Below are positions 45,439 through 55,380 of a DNA stretch of 64,000 bases, piece by piece. Position numbers and translations under genes: made by a program. The stretch's first letter is position 1. Each line of letters starts with the position of its first letter. The DNA is from Bacilli bacterium (GTDB taxonomy: Bacteria; Bacillota_I; Bacilli_A; RFN20; CAG-826): the NCBI GenBank assembly GCA_017540455.1, contig JAFYAZ010000039.1, forward strand, positions 5,587-69,586. Reading direction: 5' to 3'. The notes beneath the pieces were generated by a model. It ran no database searches. It was not told the origin of the DNA and saw nothing but the letters and a program-made list of their open reading frames with translations.

Positions 45439-45939
45439 TTAGATTTTTGGGTTCATGGTCATGGAATTCTTTTCCATGTTGGCCTTCTCGAAGGCAAGGA
45501 TCTTTCTCTTGAGTTCCGCTCCTCCGACATAGGAGCCTAAGTTGCCGGTCTTCTGGATGACTCTATGGCATGGGACGAAGACTGGGAGAGGGTTCTTACT
45601 AAGGACTAATGCGACTTGCTTCTCAGCATTTGGCTCCCCTATCGCATCCGCGACTTCCTGATAGGTGCGGGTCTCAGCGTAAGGGATGGTCATGACATAT
45701 TCGTAGACCTTCTTGTCGAATTCGGTTCCGCCGAACCAAAGAGGATTATCGAACGAGAGTCTTTGACCGAAGAAGAACTGGTTGAGCGCAATGATTCCAT
45801 CATAGAGAGCGACAGTCTCTTCATTGATCGCGCCGATAGGATCAACAGCGCCGAACAAGAGGCTCACGATGTACTTGCCGTTTGTGACAATCGTGACGTC
45901 GCCGATTGGGGTGTCATACACTGCGTAGTGATTTGCCAT
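45439..45939 (-). CDS. ogt: methylated-DNA--protein-cysteine methyltransferase
   Basis: 166 aa. It has the PCHRVI active site and the upstream YQEVA helix-turn-helix region. Confidence 0.85.
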   Translation of the reverse strand: MANHYAVYDTPIGDVTIVTNGKYIVSLLFGAVDPIGAINEETVALYDGIIALNQFFFGQRLSFDNPLWFGGTEFDKKVYEYVMTIPYAETRTYQEVADAIGEPNAEKQVALVLSKNPLPVFVPCHRVIQKTGNLGSYVGGAELKRKILAFEKANMEKNSMTMNPKI

Positions 45940-46136
45940 TTCTTCCTCTCCTTGTTATGGGAACTAATTATACGAATTATTTTTCGCTTTTCTAGAGAAA
46001 CGCTTTAACAAGAAAAACTATTACATTTTCACCACATCTGAAATTATGGTGTGGGTTTTTGATAATTGGTTCTGTTTATATTTTTTCATACCTTTTGTCC
46101 AAAAACAATTACCCTCAATCGATTTTAATTTCCCTA

Positions 46137-46295
46137 TTGATTTTCCCGCGTATGCGAGGATAATATCCCTTGTCGATAAAGTAGAAAGCAGTTCGCCATG
46201 AACTCGCCAGACTCCCAAAGGGAATTGGCAAAGGCTACGGAGAGATCGAAAGATCACTAACGAAGCGCGTGGCGAAATTGCCACGCTATTTTATC
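46137..46295 (+). promoter_or_regulatory. promoter + leader with attenuator hairpin upstream of infC-rpmI-rplT (putative L20-leader type)
   Basis: The promoter is TTGATT (46137-46142), a 16-nt spacer and GATAAT (46159-46164). A ~140-nt leader ends in GCGTGGC-gaaatt-GCCACGC followed by TATTTTAT (46267-46295), just before the AGGAGG RBS. Confidence 0.5.
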
Positions 46296-46314
46296 GCCTT
46301 AGGAGGAAAAAACT

Positions 46315-46896
46315 ATCCCACACTTCAATCCAAACGATCGTCGCCGCCCTGAAAAGCGATTCGACCCCATCAATGAGCACATCCGTTACCCAGAGGTCCT
46401 TGTCATCGGACCAAACGGTGAACAGTTAGGCGTGATGTCCTCACAAAACGCGAACAAACTCGCGATGAGCTATGACCTTGACTTATTCTGCGTCGCTCCG
46501 AATGCGAAGCCACCGGTTTGCAAGATCCTCAACTATGGGAAATACCGTTTCGAGCAGCAAAAGCAGCAGAAAGCCTCAAAGAAGAATCAGCATGTCACTG
46601 AGATCAAAGAGGTTCAGCTCACCCCGGTCATTGGACAGCACGACCTTGAGACCAAGGCGCGCAAAGCCCGCGAATTCATCGAGAACGGCAACAAAGTCAA
46701 TTGCTGTGTCTACTTCCGCGGCCGCCAGCTTTCCCACAAGGAAGTTGGTGAGGATGTCATGAATAGGTTCCTTGCCCTCCTCGAAGACGTCTCTTCCATC
46801 GACAAAGCGCCATTCTGGGAAGAGAAACGCTACACAGTTATCTTGGCGCCATCCAAAAAGAAACAGGAGAAGAAAAATGCCGAAAATGAAAACTAA
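46315..46896 (+). CDS. infC: translation initiation factor IF-3, predicted non-canonical ATC start
   Basis: The track ORF starts at GTG 46432, but the same frame is open back to TAG 46300. That upstream stretch encodes the conserved IF-3 N-domain ..RFDPINEHIRYPEVLVIGPNGEQLGV. No ATG, GTG or TTG is available there. AGGAGG (46301-46306) lies 8 nt before ATC 46315. Confidence 0.7.
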   Translation: MPHFNPNDRRRPEKRFDPINEHIRYPEVLVIGPNGEQLGVMSSQNANKLAMSYDLDLFCVAPNAKPPVCKILNYGKYRFEQQKQQKASKKNQHVTEIKEVQLTPVIGQHDLETKARKAREFIENGNKVNCCVYFRGRQLSHKEVGEDVMNRFLALLEDVSSIDKAPFWEEKRYTVILAPSKKKQEKKNAENEN

Positions 46897-47074
46897 GAAG
46901 GGTCTGGCCAAACGTGTCAGATTCAGCGCTTCCGGTAAAGTGAAAGTGCACCACTCCAACATGGGACACCTTGCCCCACGCAAGAGCCGCAAGCAAAGAA
47001 AGCACCTTGCTATGCCAAATTACCTCAGCAAGCAAGACGAGAGAAGAGTCACCGATATGATGGTGATCAAGTAA
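46877..47074 (+). CDS. rpmI: 50S ribosomal protein L35
   Basis: MPKMKTKKGLAKRVRFSASGKVK... (65 aa), starting within the end of infC. Confidence 0.9.
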   Translation: MPKMKTKKGLAKRVRFSASGKVKVHHSNMGHLAPRKSRKQRKHLAMPNYLSKQDERRVTDMMVIK

Positions 47075-47089
47075 TAAGGAGATATCACC

Positions 47090-47467
47090 ATGGCAAGAGT
47101 TAAAAACAGCGTTGCGACCCATGCTCGTCGCAAGAAGATTTTAAAAGCTGCTTCCGGCTACAGAGGCTCCAAGCACCTTTTATTCAAGACCGCTAAGGAA
47201 CAGGTCCTTCGTGGTTACAACTACGCTTTCGTTAGCCGCAAAGATCGTAAGAGCGACTTCCGTAAGCTCTGGATCAAGCGTATCAACGCCGGCTGCCGTC
47301 AGTATGACCTCAGCTACAGCAAGTTCATGAACGGCCTTACCAAGGCTGGCATCATCAGCAAGACTGGTGAGGGCCTCAACCGTAAGATGCTCAGCGAACT
47401 CGCCATCAGCGATCCAAAAGCCTTCGGCGACCTCGTCAAGACCGCCAAGAAGGCCTTAGAGAAATAA
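47090..47467 (+). CDS. rplT: 50S ribosomal protein L20
   Basis: [29 protein letters not shown]... (125 aa). The terminator ACCGC...GCGGT plus a T-run follows. Confidence 0.92.
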   Translation: MARVKNSVATHARRKKILKAASGYRGSKHLLFKTAKEQVLRGYNYAFVSRKDRKSDFRKLWIKRINAGCRQYDLSYSKFMNGLTKAGIISKTGEGLNRKMLSELAISDPKAFGDLVKTAKKALEK

Positions 47468-47518
47468 GCTAACTTCTTCTAAAATAAATAACCGCCCAGG
47501 GAACTGAGCGGTTTTTTA

Positions 47519-48700
47519 TTATTTGTTAGCGAAGTCCACTTCTTCACCATCTTTGATCATGATGGAGTTGACGTTCTCGACGCATTCATCGAGAAGTGTT
47601 TTCCAATCAAAGAGGCTTTCGTAATATTCGCATTCGGAGATCTTCGGTTTGGTCTTCGGTTTCTTTGGCTTGAAGATGGTGCAGCAATCCTCGTATGGGC
47701 GGATGGAGATGTCATAGGTCTCTATCTCTTGCGAGAGTTTGATGATATCAAGCTTGTCGGTGACGGCGAGAGGACGGATGACAGGGAAGTTTGTGACATT
47801 ATTGATCGTGACCATGCTGTCGAGGGTTTGCGACGCAACCTGGCCGATTGATTCGCCTGAGGCGATGCCGACGCAGTTATGACGGCGGGCCACTCTTTCG
47901 GCGATGCGGTACATCATCCTTCTCATGATGGTGATGCAGTATGGCTCAGCGACGTATTGATAGATGGCGAGCTGAAGCTTGGTGAACGGGACGATGTTGA
48001 GTTTGACGCTTTCTTGGTAGACGTTGAGCTTCTTGACGATGTCTTTGAGTTTGTCGAGGACGGCGTCGCTAGTGTATGGCGGAGCGGCGAAATGGATGCA
48101 TTCGATCTTGATGCCTCTTCTAAGCATCATGTAGGCTGCGACTGGTGAATCGATGCCACCGCTAAGCATCATGAGGACTTTGCCATTCATGCCAAGCGGA
48201 TATCCTCCCGCGCCCATGTATGTGTGGCTAGAAAGATATACGGCATCTTTTCTGACGTCGACATTGAGGGTGATATCAGGATTATGGACATCGACTTTGA
48301 GGTCGGTGTTTTTTAAGATCTGGCCACCAAGGACACGGCTGAGCTCCAAGCTCTGGAGAGGATATGTTTTGTCTCCTCTCTTGGTGTTGACCTTGAAGGT
48401 CTTTCCTTCTTCGAGTTTGATGAGGGAAAGAGCGTCTTCCTTAAGCTTCTCAAGGTCCCTATCACTCTTGTAAACAAGAGAGATACGCTGGATGCCGCTG
48501 ACCTTCTGAAGACGGTTGATTAAAGGCATTGGATCGCCTTCGAATCTCACATAGGTATGGTCGTGATCGAAAGTCGTGACCGCGTTCATGCCTTTCAAGG
48601 CGTGGCGGATATTCTTATTCAGTTCTTTGACGAACATCTTGCGGTTCTCACCTTTGGTGGAGAGCTCGCCATAATGGATCATTAAGGAATCGTAGTTCAT
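47519..48700 (-). CDS. thiI: tRNA 4-thiouridine synthase ThiI
   Basis: 393 aa with THUMP-type N-terminal half and the PP-loop SGGIDSPVAA. Confidence 0.88.
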   Translation of the reverse strand: MNYDSLMIHYGELSTKGENRKMFVKELNKNIRHALKGMNAVTTFDHDHTYVRFEGDPMPLINRLQKVSGIQRISLVYKSDRDLEKLKEDALSLIKLEEGKTFKVNTKRGDKTYPLQSLELSRVLGGQILKNTDLKVDVHNPDITLNVDVRKDAVYLSSHTYMGAGGYPLGMNGKVLMMLSGGIDSPVAAYMMLRRGIKIECIHFAAPPYTSDAVLDKLKDIVKKLNVYQESVKLNIVPFTKLQLAIYQYVAEPYCITIMRRMMYRIAERVARRHNCVGIASGESIGQVASQTLDSMVTINNVTNFPVIRPLAVTDKLDIIKLSQEIETYDISIRPYEDCCTIFKPKKPKTKPKISECEYYESLFDWKTLLDECVENVNSIMIKDGEEVDFANK

Positions 48701-49827
48701 CTGTTGATGACTCCTTCTAGCACTTCTTTGAACGCTTTGACGAAGGCTTCGGCCTCTTCAAGCGTGTTTCTTTTTGAGAACGAGAGCCTAAGGGAATTGC
48801 GGGCGTCTCCTTCGCTTCTATGCATCGCGGTCAAGACACCGGAGATTGGCTCACCTTTAGAGCTACAAGCACTGACGCTAGAGACATAAATCTCTCTTTC
48901 GCTAAGAGCCTCTAGGACGACCGAGGCTTTCTTGTTTATGAGCGAGAAATTGAGGACGTATGGGGAAGCGTCTAAAGGCGAATTGAAGCGGATTTCGCTG
49001 GGGATATTCAAATTTTGACGGAGATATTTGGATATTTCCTCGACGTGCTTGAGATTGCTTTCGTAGTTCTTGAAAGCCTCTTTCACGACATAGGCTTGGG
49101 TGAGGGCGGCAGGCACATTTATGGTGCCGCTTCTGAAACCGAATTCCTGTCCACCGCCATCGTTAATCGGGGCGAACTTGATCTTGCTTAGATAGACGAG
49201 CGCGCCATCGCTCCTAAGCCCGCCGATCTTGTGGGAGCTATAGGTGAAGAGGTCGAGTTTCGAATATGGGACTTTGACCTTGCCGATCGCTTGGGTGAGG
49301 TCGCTATGGAATAAGGCTTTCGGGAACTTATGGGTGAGGTCAGCAAGAGCGGACAAATCATTGATTGAACCGGTCTCATTGTTCACGCCCATGATCGAGA
49401 CAAGGATGGTGTCCTTATCAAGAGCCTTCTCTAAGCTGGCTGGCTCGACTTTGCCTTCTTCGTTAACAGGAAGGTAAGTGACTTCAAAGCCTTCTCTTTC
49501 AAGTTCCTTGAAGGCTTCGGTGACGGAAGGATGCTCAACCGATGAGGTGATGAGCTTCGTTCCCCTGTTCTTATAGAAATGGGCGATGCCTTTGATGGCG
49601 AGGTTATTGCCTTCGGTCGCGCCGCTATTGAAGATGAGGGAATGGGTTTTGGCCAAACCAAAAGTCTCAAGGATGTCTTTCCTCGCTTTCTCTAACTGTC
49701 TATCTGCCTGACGGCCTAAGCCATGAGTGGAAGAAGGGTTGCCTGGAAAATCGGCGATCGCCTTGAGATAGAAAGATATAGCCTCTTCGAGCGGGGCTGT
49801 TGTGGCGGCGTTATCGAAATAGATCAT
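48697..49827 (-). CDS. iscS: cysteine desulfurase (NifS/IscS class V aminotransferase; NifZ-like partner of ThiI)
   Basis: 376 aa. It has the PLP-Lys motif SSHKIGG and the active-site loop SACSS. It overlaps the thiI start, as in Bacillus nifZ-thiI. Confidence 0.8.
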   Translation of the reverse strand: MIYFDNAATTAPLEEAISFYLKAIADFPGNPSSTHGLGRQADRQLEKARKDILETFGLAKTHSLIFNSGATEGNNLAIKGIAHFYKNRGTKLITSSVEHPSVTEAFKELEREGFEVTYLPVNEEGKVEPASLEKALDKDTILVSIMGVNNETGSINDLSALADLTHKFPKALFHSDLTQAIGKVKVPYSKLDLFTYSSHKIGGLRSDGALVYLSKIKFAPINDGGGQEFGFRSGTINVPAALTQAYVVKEAFKNYESNLKHVEEISKYLRQNLNIPSEIRFNSPLDASPYVLNFSLINKKASVVLEALSEREIYVSSVSACSSKGEPISGVLTAMHRSEGDARNSLRLSFSKRNTLEEAEAFVKAFKEVLEGVINR

Positions 49828-51557
49828 TTTGTGCGGCGGAAGAAGCTCTGATTATTGGAGCCAGAGACGGTTTTGGCGATGTTCTCAGCTTCGCTGAAAT
49901 AGCCATCTAAGAAGAGGGTCTCAGCTTGGGAGAGGGTAGCGTCATTGCTCGGTTCGTTGGAACGGAATCTGTTAGCGTGGACCACCGCTTGCTCAGCGCT
50001 TTCTAAGGCGAACGAATCGCTCCTAAGGGCGTTAAGGACATAATCGCCTTTGGAAGAGAGGTCGCTATAAGCGGCGTTCACTTTCTTAACATCGATTGGG
50101 GTTGTCTTAAGAGTGGTGTAAAGCTCACCGATGAGGTTAGAGACTTCCTCAAAGAGTGGGGTGTACTTGGCGGTCATCGATGGGAGATTCATCTCTCTCA
50201 CCTTAGCTTCGGCATCTCTCACGGACTCGTTATAGGTCTGGAGGGATTTGGCCGCTTTCTCGCAATCGACCTTGAGGGAACGGAGATAGGCCTGGAACTC
50301 ATTGATTTTGTCAGCCGCTTCTTTGGATTGCTCCTTGAGGGCGTTCATGCGGGAAAGAAGGATGGTGAATGGTTGCTTGGTTCCACTATGGATGAAGGTG
50401 TCGAGGTTACGCTTTGAGGTGGCAGCGGCATTGATGCAGCGGTCGATCTCAGCAAGCTTAGCCTGATCCTCTTCATCAAGGAGATAAATGCCTTTGATTT
50501 TTGGGAGGGCGTGGACCAAGTTGAGATAGTTGTTCTGGGTCTCGGTCTCTTTGCTTGAGGCTTTGAAATTGTCGGCCTCGAAAGTGGTTCTAGCGGCAAT
50601 TTCATCGTCGAATTGCTGCTGATATTTGTCGATTCTGTTTCTGATGTCGTCGAATTTCTCCTGGACGCCTTGGACATTAAGGGTCTTGACCTGGGCGATG
50701 ATGGCGTCGAGCTCATCATTCATATCCGGGATGGTTTTCTTGAGCATGATGTGGTTGAGAGGATAGCCGTCTTTGACCATCTGCTCGTAGCGTTCGGAAA
50801 GGGAATTGATCTTGTCTGGGAGGATGCTCGTGATCTGGACGCAGATATCAGGGAGGGCCTTGATGACGCTGCGGACCTTATTGACGACTGGGATGATCTT
50901 GTTCTTGTAGATGGCTTCCGCTTCTTCGTATCTGGCGTTCTCGATGTTGGCGTCAGCCTCATCAAGGAGGTCGTTGACCTTCTTGAAAAGGAGATCGAAG
51001 GAAGAGGTAAGAATCGAGAGGTCAGAGGATTTGAGATAGAATTCCTGCTTAACCTGGCGGAAGGATTCTTTGCAGCGGAGCGAGAGCGAAGAGACATTCT
51101 CCTCAACGGCGAATTTGTCTTTGAGGCCTTTGTAGAGGGATTCGACTTTCTCCTCGTACTCCCCTATCGTCTTTTTGGCGGATGGGAGATAGTTCTTAAG
51201 TTCTTTGAATCTTCTATCGGTCAAAAGATCTTTGACGGAGTTTGATGTGGCTTGGGCAAGAGCGTCCATTGAGTCACGGACGTTTTTGAAGGCGCTCGAC
51301 CAGGATGCGTATTCATCGACATAGACGAGGTTCATGCTGGAGATGGTCTCAAGCCTTCTCACGTAAGCGATGACGTCGCCAAAGAGAAGAGCGTGCTCTC
51401 TCTCGAAGCGGCTGCAAAGGTCTCTGGCTTGGGCCTTAAGGGCTAATTTCGAGAAGACGGAGAAGTAAAGCAAAACGCCAAGCCCTGCCAAAACAAGGAC
51501 GCTGACGATGATAATAGTGACGATCGCATCGGTCGGAAGTGCATCAAAAACAATCAT
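49824..51557 (-). CDS. ezrA: septation ring formation regulator EzrA
   Basis: It has a single N-terminal TM followed by ~550 aa of coiled-coil repeats. Its position upstream of nifZ-thiI matches B. subtilis. The ORF is open to 51599. ATG 51557 is preferred (GAAGG 7 nt upstream) but the start is uncertain. Confidence 0.7.
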   Translation of the reverse strand: MIVFDALPTDAIVTIIIVSVLVLAGLGVLLYFSVFSKLALKAQARDLCSRFEREHALLFGDVIAYVRRLETISSMNLVYVDEYASWSSAFKNVRDSMDALAQATSNSVKDLLTDRRFKELKNYLPSAKKTIGEYEEKVESLYKGLKDKFAVEENVSSLSLRCKESFRQVKQEFYLKSSDLSILTSSFDLLFKKVNDLLDEADANIENARYEEAEAIYKNKIIPVVNKVRSVIKALPDICVQITSILPDKINSLSERYEQMVKDGYPLNHIMLKKTIPDMNDELDAIIAQVKTLNVQGVQEKFDDIRNRIDKYQQQFDDEIAARTTFEADNFKASSKETETQNNYLNLVHALPKIKGIYLLDEEDQAKLAEIDRCINAAATSKRNLDTFIHSGTKQPFTILLSRMNALKEQSKEAADKINEFQAYLRSLKVDCEKAAKSLQTYNESVRDAEAKVREMNLPSMTAKYTPLFEEVSNLIGELYTTLKTTPIDVKKVNAAYSDLSSKGDYVLNALRSDSFALESAEQAVVHANRFRSNEPSNDATLSQAETLFLDGYFSEAENIAKTVSGSNNQSFFRRTK

Positions 51558-51638
51558 AGGTATACCTTCGTTCATAAGTGTAGCACGCTTCTCGCGCATA
51601 TACGATACACGTATTTGGGGAATTTTTAGGCCTAAATG

Positions 51639-51822
51639 TTGACAAGTGCCTTTTCAATTACTATAGTAATCCTCGCGTGAGCTAGCAGGTTGTTATGCTT
51701 CCGCCTGACGTCATTCGTTAATTGTAAAGTAAGGACGTGCTACCGTCACTGAAAGTGAATGACACCCGGGAAGCGGAAATAACCCTCCAATCTTGTTCCC
51801 GCAAAGAAAGGAGACATGAAAT
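51639..51822 (+). promoter_or_regulatory. promoter and long structured 5' leader of rpsD (possible S4 autoregulatory leader)
   Basis: The promoter is TTGACA (51639-51644), a 17-nt spacer and TATAGT (51662-51667). A ~150-nt leader precedes AAGGAG and ATG 51823. Confidence 0.45.
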
Positions 51823-52428
51823 ATGTCCAAATACGTCGGTTCCAAATGGAAACAGTCCCGTCATCTCAATTTTTCTCTTTTAGAGACCGGTGACGAACTC
51901 AAAAAGAGAGCCTATGGCCCAGGTCAGCATGGCCAAGACAGAAAGAGAAAGCCATCCGAGTACGGCGCTCAGTTAGCTGAGAAGCAGAAACTCAGAGAGC
52001 TCTACAACATCAACGAGAGACAGTTCCGCCGCCTCTTCCTCATCGCTAAGAAAGAAAAGACCGTTACCGGTTTAGCCTTCTTCCGTATCCTTGAGAGCAG
52101 ACTCGACAACTTAGTCTACCGTATGGGCTTCTCCCGCACCCGTGCCGGTGCCCGTCAGCTTGTCAACCACGGCCACATCAAGGTCAATGGCAAGAAAGTC
52201 GACATTGCTTCCTACCTCTGCAACGTCGGTGATGTCATCACCCTCAAAGAGGATTCACCACTCAAGGTTGTCAAAGAGTCCTTCGAGGGCAAGCCAACCG
52301 TCCCAGCCTACGTCACTGTTGACGCTGAGAAATTCGCTGGTACCTTCGCCCGTCTTCCAGAACGCAACGAGCTTCCAAAAGACATCAACGAAGCGATGAT
52401 CATCGAATACTACAACAGACTTCTATAA
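51823..52428 (+). CDS. rpsD: 30S ribosomal protein S4
   Basis: MSKYVGSKWKQSRHLNFSLLETG... (201 aa), with the S4 RNA-binding domain LESRLDNLVYRMGF. Confidence 0.92.
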   Translation: MSKYVGSKWKQSRHLNFSLLETGDELKKRAYGPGQHGQDRKRKPSEYGAQLAEKQKLRELYNINERQFRRLFLIAKKEKTVTGLAFFRILESRLDNLVYRMGFSRTRAGARQLVNHGHIKVNGKKVDIASYLCNVGDVITLKEDSPLKVVKESFEGKPTVPAYVTVDAEKFAGTFARLPERNELPKDINEAMIIEYYNRLL

Positions 52429-52538
52429 TCTGTTACGAAAAGTAGCAAAAGCGATCCTTCGATGGGTCGCTTTTTTCTTGCGCTTTCCAACAAAAAAGCC
52501 CCTTTTTGCAGGGGCTTTTGATGTTTTTGCTAGGGTTT

Positions 52539-53888
52539 TTAGATGCTGGCAGGAGCCTCGCTTGACTCAGAGGAGATAGGTTCTTCGACTGGCTCTTCTT
52601 CCTCAACCTCAGGGAATTCCTGAAGGACATAATCGTCAAAGGAAGCTGGCATGGTGACGGTGAGATTGTCATCGAAGGTGAAGACGGTGGTCGCACTCAT
52701 CTCGATGCTATCAAGGCCGACTTTGGACTGGCCGGCTTCGATGTCTTCCTCTTGGAGAAGGCTAGCCTTCATCTCTTCTTCATCGCAGGTCATTTTGATG
52801 CTTGTGCTCATGCCTTGGAGAGAAGTTCTTGTATAGGTGAAATGCATCTCAAGATCGAAGGTGTCGATGTAGCCGTTCACATTATCGAGTTCGGAATCGA
52901 CGTCGACTGGCATGCTGCTGACGAGACCTCCGGCCATATCCCCTGCTGTTTCCTCTAAGGTATCGGTGAACATGGTTGGGTCATCGGCTTTGATGCACAT
53001 GTCATAGACGGTCTGGCCCATCTCAGACTTTGAGGTTGTGGTGATGTTGGCACCCGCTTCCCAAAGGGACTGAATCATTGGGTCAAGCATATTGGTCCAT
53101 AAGGATTCAGCGGCGGAGCTGGAGGTAAGGAGACCGAGTATGAGGGACATGCTTGAATCGAGCTCATACTTTCCTTTGTGCTGGAAGGTGAATTCGTTTT
53201 CCCCTTCGGTTTGGGTGGTTTCCATCAAAGCCGTGAAGGCGAGATCGAAGATGCTCGATAAGCCAGTGCACTCCTGACCATTCTCATCGAGGAAGTCCCA
53301 ATAGAGGGTATCATCGGTGAAATACATATTGGCATCTTGGTTATAGGCGTTGCTCGCGCCTGGGATGAGGGTTGATAAAGCGCCTAAGACAACGGTGAGG
53401 TTATTGAGATTGATGCGCATATCTGGGTTGCCGCCTAAACCATAAGCAGCAAGAGGAGATGTGTCTTTCTTCATCTCAAAGGTCATGCTGTCAGCCTGGG
53501 CCAAGAAGTTGTTGGTCGAGGCTTTCATGAGGGAATAGTTAGGATCAGTACCAAGGACGGTGTAGGTCGAAAGACCCATCTGGACCTTTGGTTGGCTGGT
53601 GACCATGCGCATTCCATTCTTAGCGAAGGATGTGGTGAAAGCGTTGCCTAAGACGGTCGTGTTGTAGGTTCCTCTGCCACTGCTAGTCTCAGCTGGGCTA
53701 GATGGATCGGCGAGAGTCGATTGTTCTACGGAAGCGTCGGAAGCGATCGCTGAGGTCTCAGGTTCACTTGTTCCAAGGTCTACGCTGGATTCGCTAGCGA
53801 GAGAAGGCTGATTGCCTCCGTCGCACGAAGCCAAAACAAGCAACAAGCTTGCTGAGATGAGATATGGGAGTTTTGTACCTTTTTTCAT
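52539..53888 (-). CDS. lipoprotein, hypothetical
   Basis: 449 aa. The signal is MKKGTKLPYLISASLLLVLASC, followed by a Ser/Glu-rich linker and an acidic C-terminus. No family was recognised. Confidence 0.6.
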   Translation of the reverse strand: MKKGTKLPYLISASLLLVLASCDGGNQPSLASESSVDLGTSEPETSAIASDASVEQSTLADPSSPAETSSGRGTYNTTVLGNAFTTSFAKNGMRMVTSQPKVQMGLSTYTVLGTDPNYSLMKASTNNFLAQADSMTFEMKKDTSPLAAYGLGGNPDMRINLNNLTVVLGALSTLIPGASNAYNQDANMYFTDDTLYWDFLDENGQECTGLSSIFDLAFTALMETTQTEGENEFTFQHKGKYELDSSMSLILGLLTSSSAAESLWTNMLDPMIQSLWEAGANITTTSKSEMGQTVYDMCIKADDPTMFTDTLEETAGDMAGGLVSSMPVDVDSELDNVNGYIDTFDLEMHFTYTRTSLQGMSTSIKMTCDEEEMKASLLQEEDIEAGQSKVGLDSIEMSATTVFTFDDNLTVTMPASFDDYVLQEFPEVEEEEPVEEPISSESSEAPASI

Positions 53889-53912
53889 GGTGATTCCTCC
53901 TTTGCTAATTCA

Positions 53913-55163
53913 TTAGAATTCGCCTAAATAGTAATTCTTCTTTCCGCGCCTTACAATCAAGTATTTTCCTGCCATGGCATCGGCAATTGTGTAGTTCTTC
54001 ATCGCGTCGGTGACTTTCTCGCCGTTGATGGAGACGCTGTTTTGGCTGATGAAGGTACGGGCCTCGGTCTTGGACTTGGCGGCACCAAGGAGAACGAGAA
54101 GGTCGACGAGATTGATCTCAGCTGGGAGCTTGGTCTTAAGGGAACCAAGGATCTCTTCGATTTGGTTGGCGGTAAGGTTCTGGACGGCTCCGGTGAAGAG
54201 GACGCTGGACATGTTGACCGCTTCATCGGCGGCGTCTTTGCCGTGGATATCCTTGACGACTTCGTAGGCGAGTTTTTTCTGGGCGACTCTCATGCCAAGA
54301 TTGGTAAGATGCTCACGGATGACGTCTTCGATTTCGTCATGGGAGAGGAAGGTAAATACCTTAAGGTATTTGACGGCGTCCTCATCGGTGGTGTTGATGA
54401 AGTATTGATAGAGCTGATATGGGGAAGTGAGGTTACGGTCAAGGAAGAGAGCGCCTTGCTCGGATTTGCCAAACTTCTTGCCGTCGGCACGGGTGATTAA
54501 GTGAGCGGTCATGACTTCCGCTTCAGCCTCATCGCCATCGAGCTTTCTGATGAGCTCTAAGCCAGAGGTGAGGTTCCCCCACTGGTCGTTGCCACCGATC
54601 TGGATGGTCGCGCCTTCGGTCTTGCGGAGGTGATAGAAGTCGACAGACTGGAGAATCTGGTAGGAGAACTCGGTGAAGGAGATGCCCGCTTCAAGACGTG
54701 AAGAGACGATTTCCTTTGAGAGCATGTAATTGACCGAGAAGAACTTTCCGTATTCACGAAGGAAGTCGAGCATGCTCATCTTGCCAAGCCAATCGTAGTT
54801 ATTCACGATCATGCCTTTCTCTGGGTCAGAGAGGTCGATGAATCTTTCGAGCTGGTTCTTGATCGATTCGGTGTTGGCTTTGAGAACTTCCATGGACTGG
54901 AGGTTCCTTTCTTTGGATTTGCCACTTGGGTCACCGATCATGCCAGTCGCACCGCCGACAAGGGCGATGATCTTGTGTCCGGCATTCTGGAGTCTCTTGA
55001 GAATCGAGATCATGACATAGTTGCCAACGTGCATGGAAGCGGCGCTTGGGTCGAAGCCACAATAGATGGTCTGTTTGGTTGAAAAGAGTTTGCGGACATT
55101 TTCTTCGTTAGAGTATTGTTCAATGAGTCCGCGGTAATTGAGATCGTCAACAATGTTTTGCAT
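53913..55163 (-). CDS. tyrS: tyrosyl-tRNA synthetase
   Basis: 416 aa. It has a HIGH-type motif (SMHVGN), the KMSKS-type KFGKS and a C-terminal S4-like domain. Confidence 0.9.
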   Translation of the reverse strand: MQNIVDDLNYRGLIEQYSNEENVRKLFSTKQTIYCGFDPSAASMHVGNYVMISILKRLQNAGHKIIALVGGATGMIGDPSGKSKERNLQSMEVLKANTESIKNQLERFIDLSDPEKGMIVNNYDWLGKMSMLDFLREYGKFFSVNYMLSKEIVSSRLEAGISFTEFSYQILQSVDFYHLRKTEGATIQIGGNDQWGNLTSGLELIRKLDGDEAEAEVMTAHLITRADGKKFGKSEQGALFLDRNLTSPYQLYQYFINTTDEDAVKYLKVFTFLSHDEIEDVIREHLTNLGMRVAQKKLAYEVVKDIHGKDAADEAVNMSSVLFTGAVQNLTANQIEEILGSLKTKLPAEINLVDLLVLLGAAKSKTEARTFISQNSVSINGEKVTDAMKNYTIADAMAGKYLIVRRGKKNYYLGEF

Positions 55164-55380
55164 TAGTTATTTCCTCGCCCTTTTATTCTACTCGAATAAA
55201 AAACTATTTGTAGAAATATCGCTCTCTCGAAAAAAGAATTTTTTGGCATTTTCGCAAAAATAATGGGGTTTTGCTGGAAATATTTGCGTTTTTTAGGCCC
55301 TCTTTTTTCTTGATGTCCAATTCCTTTACGCGTGAGCGTCTGAATTGACAAACGACTTTTGAGGTTTTACTTTTTAGTTA

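Noticed and set aside
46021-46284. 87-aa minus-strand ORF upstream of infC
   Set aside because: It overlaps the infC promoter, leader and attenuator, and has no RBS or recognisable protein features.
55164-55380. Expected Tyr T-box upstream of tyrS; ORFs 55163..55351 (-) and 55359..55676 (+)
   Set aside because: There is no GGUGGUACCGCG core and no terminator/antiterminator pair on the minus strand. The small ORFs are AT-rich intergenic or alternative-frame artefacts of the 55381 gene.
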